Source: Bacteroidales bacterium (lineage in GTDB: Bacteria > Bacteroidota > Bacteroidia > Bacteroidales > Muribaculaceae). Taken from it: a stretch of DNA of 64,000 nt. The stretch is taken from the NCBI GenBank assembly GCA_004553485.1, contig SFLG01000005.1, positions 6,412 to 70,411 of the forward strand, read 5' to 3'. The notes under the pieces are model-generated. The model was not told where the DNA came from. It did no database searches and saw only the letters and a program-made list of their open reading frames with translations. The position numbers were made by a program, and so were the translations under genes. Below, piece after piece: positions 57,546 through 64,000 of this stretch (position 1 is its first letter; every line of letters begins with the position of its first letter).

Positions 57546-59996
57546 TTGTTACATAAATTTGCAATGACAGTTGCCGCAATGTCAGTTTCGGCCGGTATGT
57601 CGGCTGCGGCACCCGCTGATACAGTTCCTGTAGTTTCGGCGCTCATCCACGGACCCTACTCCGTAGCGGCGCCGCACGCCACCTCGACCAAGGACGCCGC
57701 CGGCCGCGCCTTCACCGCCGAGCGTCTGCTCGACTACCCCCTCGCCGTCGCTGGCAAGGGCGTCCCCGCCAGCCTCGACGGGCTGACAGTCACCGCCGAC
57801 GGCCTGAGCACGGGCGTCATCACCTTCGCCATCAAGTCGAAAGGCTACTGCAACGTCACCATCCCCGTCACGGGCACCGAGGCGTTCAAAGTCACCGTCG
57901 ACGGCAAGGAGGCCGACAAACCGGTAGGCCTGCGTCCCGGCAGCCACGAGGTCAGCGTGGCCTTCGTTGCCGCCAAGGACGCCCGCCCGCGCATCTCCGT
58001 CGTCCCGTCGGTGGCCGGCGCGGTAGAGGTCAGCGACGGCTCGGCCGCACGCGACATAACCCTCGGCGACATCCTCCACGGCGACCGCTTCACCGGCACT
58101 TCGCTGTCGGCCGACGGCACGATGGCGCTGGTGCGCGTCACCACCACCCACCCCGGCGGCAAGACAACGCGCTCGGCCGACGTCTACCGCACCTCGGACG
58201 GCAAAAAAGTCGCCACCGTCGACGCCGGCCTGGAGTGGATGCCCGCCTCGCCGCTGCTGTACGGCACGCGCATGTCGGGCGACGACCGCCAGCTGTACAC
58301 CCTCAACCCCGCCGACGGCAGCGTGAAGGTGCTGTCGCACAATCTCCCCGAGGGCGGTCTGCTAATGTCGCCCACCGAGGACTTCGTCGCCATCAATGTC
58401 GTCACCAAAGGCCCCAAAGAGGGCGAGGTATACCAGATCCTCGAGCCGGAGGACCGTCAGCCGGGATGGCGCGACCGCCGCTCGGTGGTGGTGCGCGACC
58501 TGCGCAACGGCCTAACCCGTCCCCTCACCTTCGGCGCCGTGACATCGTGGGCGACGGACATCTCGGCCGACGGCGGCAAGGTGCTGGTAATGAGCCAGCG
58601 CAGCCGTCTCGCCAAACGTCCCACGCAGATTTTCGACATCCTGCTCATCGATACACAGACGGCCCGTTGCGACACACTCGTCAGCGGCGACGGCTTTGTG
58701 GAGAACGCCCTCTTCTCGCCCGATGCCACAAAGGTGCTGGTGAAGGGCTGCGCCGAGGCCTTTGACGGCGCCGGACTCAATCTGCCCGAGGGCCGCACCT
58801 CGTCGATGAGCGACGGCCAGCTCTACATCCTCGACATCGCCTCGCGCAAGGTCGACCCCATCACCCGCGACTTCGACCCGGCCGTCAACGGCGCCGAGTG
58901 GAGCCGGGCCGACGGCAAGATTTACCTTGTCGCCGAGGACTACGACTACATCCGCCTCTTCAGCTACGACCCGGCTACACGCAAGTTTGACCGCGCTGTC
59001 TCGGGCGAGGACATCGTCGCCAACTTCGCCCTTCCCCGCAAGGGCCGCAACATTGTATGGGTAGGCCAGGGCGCCTCCAACAGCGACCGCCTGTACGTCA
59101 CCGACAGCGCCCGCAAGCGCAACCTGCGCCTTGCCGCCGCCAAGGACGAACAGCTTGCCGGCGTGCGCCTGGGCAAGTGCGAGGAGTGGAACTTCGTCAA
59201 CTCGCGCGGCGACACCGTCCAGGGCCGTTTCTACCTGCCCGCCGACTTCGACCCCGCAAAGAAATACCCCGTCATCGTCAACTACTACGGCGGCTGTGCC
59301 CCCATCGAGCGCACCTTTGAGTCGCGCTACCCGCATCAGGTATACGCCGCACAGGGCTATGTCGTCTACGTCATCAACCCCAGCGGATGCACGGGCCGCG
59401 GCCAGGAGTGGTCGTCGCGACACGTCAACACCGCCGGCGAGGGCGTCGCTCAGGACATCATCGAGGGCACCAAGGAATTCTGCCGCACCCACGACTTTGC
59501 CGACAGCACCCGCGTGGGCTGTATCGGCGCCAGCTACGGCGGCTTTATGACGCAGTACCTACAGACCGTCACCGACATCTTCGCCGCCGCCATCAGCCAC
59601 GCCGGCATCTCGGACCACACATCGTACTGGGGCGAGGGCTACTGGGGCTACAGCTACTCCGAGCTGGCAATGGCCAACAGCTACCCGTGGAAAGACCGCG
59701 ACCTATACGTGGGCCAGTCGCCGCTATATAACGCCGACAAGATACACTCTCCCCTGCTCTTCCTCCACGGCGACGCCGACCACAACGTGCCCGTCGGCGA
59801 GAGCATCCAGATGTTCACCGCCCTCAAGCTCCTCGGCCGTCCCACTGCCTTTGTCGCCGTCGCCGACCAGGACCACCACATCCTCGACTACGACAAGCGC
59901 ATAAAGTGGCAGGACACCATCTTCGCCTGGTTCGACAAATACCTCAAAGGCGACTCCTCACACTGGGACGCTCTCTACCCTCCAAAAGAGCTCTGA
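57546..59996 (+). CDS. S9 (prolyl oligopeptidase family) serine peptidase
   Basis: GASYGG nucleophile, HGDADHNVP, DQDHHI; start is TTG 57546 or ATG 57564. Confidence 0.92.
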   Translation: MLHKFAMTVAAMSVSAGMSAAAPADTVPVVSALIHGPYSVAAPHATSTKDAAGRAFTAERLLDYPLAVAGKGVPASLDGLTVTADGLSTGVITFAIKSKGYCNVTIPVTGTEAFKVTVDGKEADKPVGLRPGSHEVSVAFVAAKDARPRISVVPSVAGAVEVSDGSAARDITLGDILHGDRFTGTSLSADGTMALVRVTTTHPGGKTTRSADVYRTSDGKKVATVDAGLEWMPASPLLYGTRMSGDDRQLYTLNPADGSVKVLSHNLPEGGLLMSPTEDFVAINVVTKGPKEGEVYQILEPEDRQPGWRDRRSVVVRDLRNGLTRPLTFGAVTSWATDISADGGKVLVMSQRSRLAKRPTQIFDILLIDTQTARCDTLVSGDGFVENALFSPDATKVLVKGCAEAFDGAGLNLPEGRTSSMSDGQLYILDIASRKVDPITRDFDPAVNGAEWSRADGKIYLVAEDYDYIRLFSYDPATRKFDRAVSGEDIVANFALPRKGRNIVWVGQGASNSDRLYVTDSARKRNLRLAAAKDEQLAGVRLGKCEEWNFVNSRGDTVQGRFYLPADFDPAKKYPVIVNYYGGCAPIERTFESRYPHQVYAAQGYVVYVINPSGCTGRGQEWSSRHVNTAGEGVAQDIIEGTKEFCRTHDFADSTRVGCIGASYGGFMTQYLQTVTDIFAAAISHAGISDHTSYWGEGYWGYSYSELAMANSYPWKDRDLYVGQSPLYNADKIHSPLLFLHGDADHNVPVGESIQMFTALKLLGRPTAFVAVADQDHHILDYDKRIKWQDTIFAWFDKYLKGDSSHWDALYPPKEL

Positions 59997-60002
59997 GTCA
60001 CC

Positions 60003-60047
60003 GCCTATTAGACCAATTAGGCCTATTAGACTAATTAGACCAAATAC
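60003..60047. repeat. 9-bp tandem repeat x5
   Basis: gcctattag accaattag gcctattag actaattag accaaatac. Confidence 0.85.
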
Positions 60048-60063
60048 CCTACCCCACATCACA

Positions 60064-60113
60064 AAGCCGGTGCTATGACGGGGCCGAAAGGCCACGGGTC
60101 ATAGCACCGGCTT
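60064..60113. terminator. Long hairpin terminator between convergent genes
   Basis: aagccggtgctatgac..ggccgaaaggcc..gtcatagcaccggctt. Confidence 0.82.
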
Positions 60114-60130
60114 GGGTTTGTTCGGGGCTG

Positions 60131-60601
60131 TTACTTCTTCTGGAAGAGGCGGGCGAGGTTGCGCTTGTCCTCGCGCTCGCGGATGGCCTCGCGCTTGTCG
60201 TATTCCTTTTTGCCCTGGCCTATGCCTATCACAATCTTGGCCAGACCGCGGTTGTTGATAAAAAGGCGCAGAGGCACAATGGTTTTGCCCGGCTCTTTGT
60301 TGGCCTTGGCAAGGCGGTCAATCTCGCGCGACGTCAGCAGCAGCTTGCGGTCGCGGCGGTCGCCGACATTATTGTACGACCCGAAGGCGTAGGGCGCAAT
60401 GTACATGTTCTTTATCCACACCTCGCCGTTGTCGATGTAGCAGAATGTGTCGACAAGCGAGGCCTTGCCCATACGTATACTCTTGATTTCGGTACCCGTG
60501 AGCACTATGCCCGCCGTGAACGTGTCGCCGATGGTGTAGTCAAAGGTGGCGCGGCGGTTCTTTATGTTTATCTCCTTGGGGAGCTCGAGTTTCTTTGCCA
60601 T
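60131..60601 (-). CDS. smpB: SsrA-binding protein
   Basis: [38 protein letters not shown]; start taken at ATG 60601. Confidence 0.96.
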   Translation of the reverse strand: MAKKLELPKEINIKNRRATFDYTIGDTFTAGIVLTGTEIKSIRMGKASLVDTFCYIDNGEVWIKNMYIAPYAFGSYNNVGDRRDRKLLLTSREIDRLAKANKEPGKTIVPLRLFINNRGLAKIVIGIGQGKKEYDKREAIREREDKRNLARLFQKK

Positions 60602-60686
60602 TGTAATGATTTTGGCTCTAACGGTAATTGGGTGGTACACCCTTATTGGATGGTATACCCTTTATAACAAACGATGTGCCGTTTTG

Positions 60687-61250
60687 TCAGTGGATGATGA
60701 ACAGGCGCAGTATCCATCCGAAGAACATCGGCATCGCTATCAGCGTCAGGAAGACGATGAGGAGGTAGACCGGCTGCCGGTCTTTGGGCACCTGCAGGTA
60801 TTTGCGGGCCTGCCATATCACGGGCACGACGAAGACGGGCAGAAACCACAGCGCGGCCAGGGGCGTGGGGCACAGATTGCCGATAATCTCGATCAGCGTC
60901 ATCAGCGATATGCCGTATATGCACACGGTGTTGAAGCGCTCTTTGTCGTTGGGACAGTCGGCCACGCCGGGCAGCAGCGCCTCGAATATCGCGCGCGACA
61001 GCATCATCGACACAAACAGTGCCACCACCTGTGCGATGGCGGTCTGCAGCTGTTCGGCATAGCTGTACGGCCCGGCCTTGTACAGACCGTTGGTCAAAGC
61101 CGTTATGCCCACCAGGGCGAGTAGCGGGAAAAAGCCTTTTTCGAGAAGCGCCTGCGGCTGCTCCCCCTCGTCGGCAAGGTCCTCCCATCCATGGGTGGGC
61201 GACAGCACAAGCTGCACCATATTTTTGCAGTATGTCAAAAACGGATTCAT
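60687..61250 (-). CDS. YIP1-like membrane protein
   Basis: LVLSPTHGWE N-terminus and about 5 TM helices; upstream of smpB. Confidence 0.75.
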   Translation of the reverse strand: MNPFLTYCKNMVQLVLSPTHGWEDLADEGEQPQALLEKGFFPLLALVGITALTNGLYKAGPYSYAEQLQTAIAQVVALFVSMMLSRAIFEALLPGVADCPNDKERFNTVCIYGISLMTLIEIIGNLCPTPLAALWFLPVFVVPVIWQARKYLQVPKDRQPVYLLIVFLTLIAMPMFFGWILRLFIIH

Positions 61251-61466
61251 TTATTTATCGTGTCAAAAATAAACCGGTGATATAACAACCTACAAAATTA
61301 CACAAAAACCCCGACATACCAACCCCCGCCGCCGGCTAATGTGCCCCCGGCCGCAAAATTGGGCGCAAGTAAAACTGTTATCGGTAGAGTTCGACCGATA
61401 ACGGTACGGGCCACCTTGCCCGTCTTCGGTATTTTGTATATCTTTGCCTTGTAAAATTTTATATCT

Positions 61467-63641
61467 ATGCCTATAATGAAAAAACTGATGACGGCGGGGC
61501 TCTGCCTTGTCGCCGTCTCGGCCTGGGGACGCACCGCCCCGGCCGTCGACTCGCTGTTGGAACGTATCGACAAGGGTCTCTCGCAAAAAATCCTGGTCGA
61601 GGTGGACTCGGCGCCGACAGCCGTCAAGGGCCGCACGCCCGGTGGCGACTGGTTCTGTCTGGGCGAAAAGGACGGGCGGCCCCTCGTCACCGCCGGCAAC
61701 GACCTCAGCGCCGCCGTCGGCATCAACCACTACCTCAAATACTACGCGGGCGTGCACCTGTGCTGGGGCAATATGCACGCCACGATGGGCGACAGTCTGC
61801 CCGTGCCACAGGCGACCGAGTGCCACAACAGCACGGCCGACCTGCGCTACTACCTCAACTACTGCACCCACTCCTACTCGATGGCCTTCTGGGACTGGGA
61901 CCGTTGGCAGGAGGAGATAGACTGGATGGCCCTGCACGGCATAAACATGCCCTTGGCCGTAACGGGCACCGAGGCGGTATGGCGCAACGTGCTGCTGCGC
62001 CTGGGCTACCCCGCCGACAAAATCGACGAGTACGTCGCCGGCCCGGGCTTCCAGGCCTGGTGGCTGATGAACAACCTCGAAGGCTGGGGCGGACCGATAA
62101 CGCCGGCGCACTACGAACGGCAAAAGCTTCTGCAGCAGAAGATTGTGGCACGTATGCGTTCGCTGGGCATGGAGCCGGTGTTCGCCGGATATGCCGGTAT
62201 GCTGCCCCACGATGCCGCCGAGACGCTGGGCATCAACGTCCAGGACCCCGGCGAGTGGTTCGGCTACAAGCGCCCGGCCTTCCTGCAGCCCGAGAGCAAG
62301 GACTTTGCACGCATCGCCGCCATCTACTATGACGAGCTGAACAAGCTGTACGGCGTCACGCGCTACTACAGCATGGACCCGTTCCACGAGGGCGGGAGCA
62401 CCAAGGGCGTCGACCTCGCGCGTGCCGGAAAGGCGATAATGGAGGCCATGAAAGCCAACAACCCGGATGCCGTGTGGGTAATTCAGGCCTGGCGCAAAAA
62501 CCCGCGCCTGGAGATGATTGGCGCCCTTGACAAGGGCGACCTGCTCGTGCTCGACCTGCACGCCGAGACCGAGCCCATCTGGAACGGCCGCGGCTTTGCC
62601 GGCCACAACTGGCTGTGGTGTATGCTACACAACTTCGGCGGCAACATCGGCCTCTACGGACGTCTCAAGACGATGGGCCCCGACTACCACCACGCCCTTG
62701 CCGAGAGCGACGACATCCGCGGCATCGGCCTGACGATGGAGGGCATAGAGACCAACCCTGTTGTATACGAGTATATGTCAGAGCTGCCCTGGACCGACAG
62801 TGTCCCCGACTACGGAAAATGGCTGGAGAACTACGCCGCCGCGCGCTATGGTGTCCGCGACGAAAAAGTGGGCCGCGCCTGGCGCCTGTTGGGTAACTCG
62901 GTCTATGCCTGCCCCGCCGGCAACCGTCAGCAGGGCACCGCTGAGTCGCTGTTCTGCGCCCGCCCCTCCGACAATCCGCGCCAGGCATCGGCTTGGTCCA
63001 AATACACCCCTTACTACCACATTGTTCCCCTGGCCGCGGCCGCCCGTATCCTCACCGAAAACGCTGACAGATACCGCGGCAACGCCAACTACATCTACGA
63101 TATGGTTGACGTCGTGCGCCAGGTGACGGCCGACAAGGGACGCGAGGTGGCCGCACGCTTTGCTCTGGCCGCCAAGGAGGGCGACAAGGAGGCATACCGG
63201 CGCGAGTCGCAGAAGTTCCTTGAGCTTATCCGTCTCCAGGACGAGCTGTTGGGCACCGTCCCCGACTTCAGGCTGGGACGATGGCTCGACCGCGCGCTGT
63301 CGCTGAGCGATGACCCCGCCGAGCGCGACAACTTCAACTGGAACGCCCGCGTACAGATCACCACATGGGGCAACCGCCAGCCCAGCGAGCGCGGCAAGCT
63401 GCACGACTACGCCCACCGCGAGTGGCAGGGCCTGCTCGCCGACTACTACCTGCCCCGCTGGCAGCGCTGGTTCGACTGGCGCCTCGCCAACTGGACGGCC
63501 GACCCGGCCACCGCCCCCGACGCCTTTGACGCCGAGTACCCCTGGTCGCAGCAGACCAACCCCTACCCCTCGGCCCCCGACCCCGACGCCGACCCCATAG
63601 CCACCGCCCGCCGCATCCTCCTCCGCGTCCTCGCCCTCTAA
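61467..63641 (+). CDS. Alpha-N-acetylglucosaminidase (GH89)
   Basis: RYYLNYCTHSYS..WDW..WQEEIDWMALHGIN, DPFHEG, LHNFGG, TMEGIE, LHDYA.REW.GL. Confidence 0.95.
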   Translation: MPIMKKLMTAGLCLVAVSAWGRTAPAVDSLLERIDKGLSQKILVEVDSAPTAVKGRTPGGDWFCLGEKDGRPLVTAGNDLSAAVGINHYLKYYAGVHLCWGNMHATMGDSLPVPQATECHNSTADLRYYLNYCTHSYSMAFWDWDRWQEEIDWMALHGINMPLAVTGTEAVWRNVLLRLGYPADKIDEYVAGPGFQAWWLMNNLEGWGGPITPAHYERQKLLQQKIVARMRSLGMEPVFAGYAGMLPHDAAETLGINVQDPGEWFGYKRPAFLQPESKDFARIAAIYYDELNKLYGVTRYYSMDPFHEGGSTKGVDLARAGKAIMEAMKANNPDAVWVIQAWRKNPRLEMIGALDKGDLLVLDLHAETEPIWNGRGFAGHNWLWCMLHNFGGNIGLYGRLKTMGPDYHHALAESDDIRGIGLTMEGIETNPVVYEYMSELPWTDSVPDYGKWLENYAAARYGVRDEKVGRAWRLLGNSVYACPAGNRQQGTAESLFCARPSDNPRQASAWSKYTPYYHIVPLAAAARILTENADRYRGNANYIYDMVDVVRQVTADKGREVAARFALAAKEGDKEAYRRESQKFLELIRLQDELLGTVPDFRLGRWLDRALSLSDDPAERDNFNWNARVQITTWGNRQPSERGKLHDYAHREWQGLLADYYLPRWQRWFDWRLANWTADPATAPDAFDAEYPWSQQTNPYPSAPDPDADPIATARRILLRVLAL

Positions 63642-63849
63642 CCCCCTCCGCATTTTACCGCGAAGCGCACAAATCCCGTCCTCCCCAAAGTCTGCGAAAA
63701 AAAGTTTTGGCGCGAAGCACCTCAATCAAGTTCCGCTAAGTTAATTGCTAAGCAATTGCAAATCAAAAAGTTCCGCGAACACTCCGCGCCTCTTCCGATA
63801 AGTTCCGCGATAAAAAAGCGCCATTCCGCGCAAAAAAAGTCCGCAAAAA

Positions 63850-63879
63850 AACGCCCCGGGAGGAGACTCTCGGGGCGTT
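63850..63879. terminator. Intrinsic terminator
   Basis: aacgccccggga-ggagac-tctcggggcgtt with an A tract on the left. Confidence 0.8.
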
Positions 63880-63899
63880 GTGTCAGGGGGTGTTAATTA

Positions 63900-64000
63900 T
63901 CAGAGGCGGACCTTGGTGGCCGTGTTGCCCTGGCGGCGGATGTAGATGCCGTGCTCGGGGTTGGCCACGCGAATACCCTGCAGGTTGTAGTATTCAACCT
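63900..64000 (-). CDS. C-terminus of a T9SS-secreted protein (partial)
   Basis: Manual translation ...VEYYNLQGIRVANPEHGIYIRRQGNTATKVRL*, a short T9SS C-terminal sorting domain. Confidence 0.85.
   Translation of the reverse strand, partial: VEYYNLQGIRVANPEHGIYIRRQGNTATKVRL

Overview
Core chromosomal region of a high-GC Bacteroidales bacterium. TAnnTTTG promoters, AT-rich translation starts without Shine-Dalgarno motifs, PorE and a 'YNLQG..VANP..GIYI' T9SS tail point to a Muribaculaceae-like organism. It holds about 55 mostly housekeeping and envelope genes: porE-GSCFA-murF/alr, OmpA proteins, rubrerythrin, an ECF sigma trio, agmatine deiminase/N-carbamoylputrescine amidase, fabG-DUF4290-rimM, nrdJ, amidase-mlaDEF, malic enzyme, folC, a chromate transporter pair, ndh, ydbST-like genes, a BamA/TamA barrel with a phosphoethanolamine transferase, rluD, tsaC, ClC, ridA, ROK kinase, S9 peptidase, smpB and GH89. 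I see no CRISPR array, prophage, tRNA/rRNA or defence island, and no clear-cut novel multi-gene system. The most unusual signals are: (i) many short, heterogeneous tandem repeats, often with a 9-bp period, in intergenic spacers and gene tails; (ii) apparent in-frame deletions of conserved motifs in the malic enzyme and an AlkD-like gene; (iii) multi-branched structured RNA leaders, best seen upstream of an S1/P1 nuclease; (iv) an internally deleted IS4 remnant just upstream of rubrerythrin; (v) loop-less perfect palindromes and probable leaderless mRNAs. All product calls come from motif recognition and recall, not database searches.
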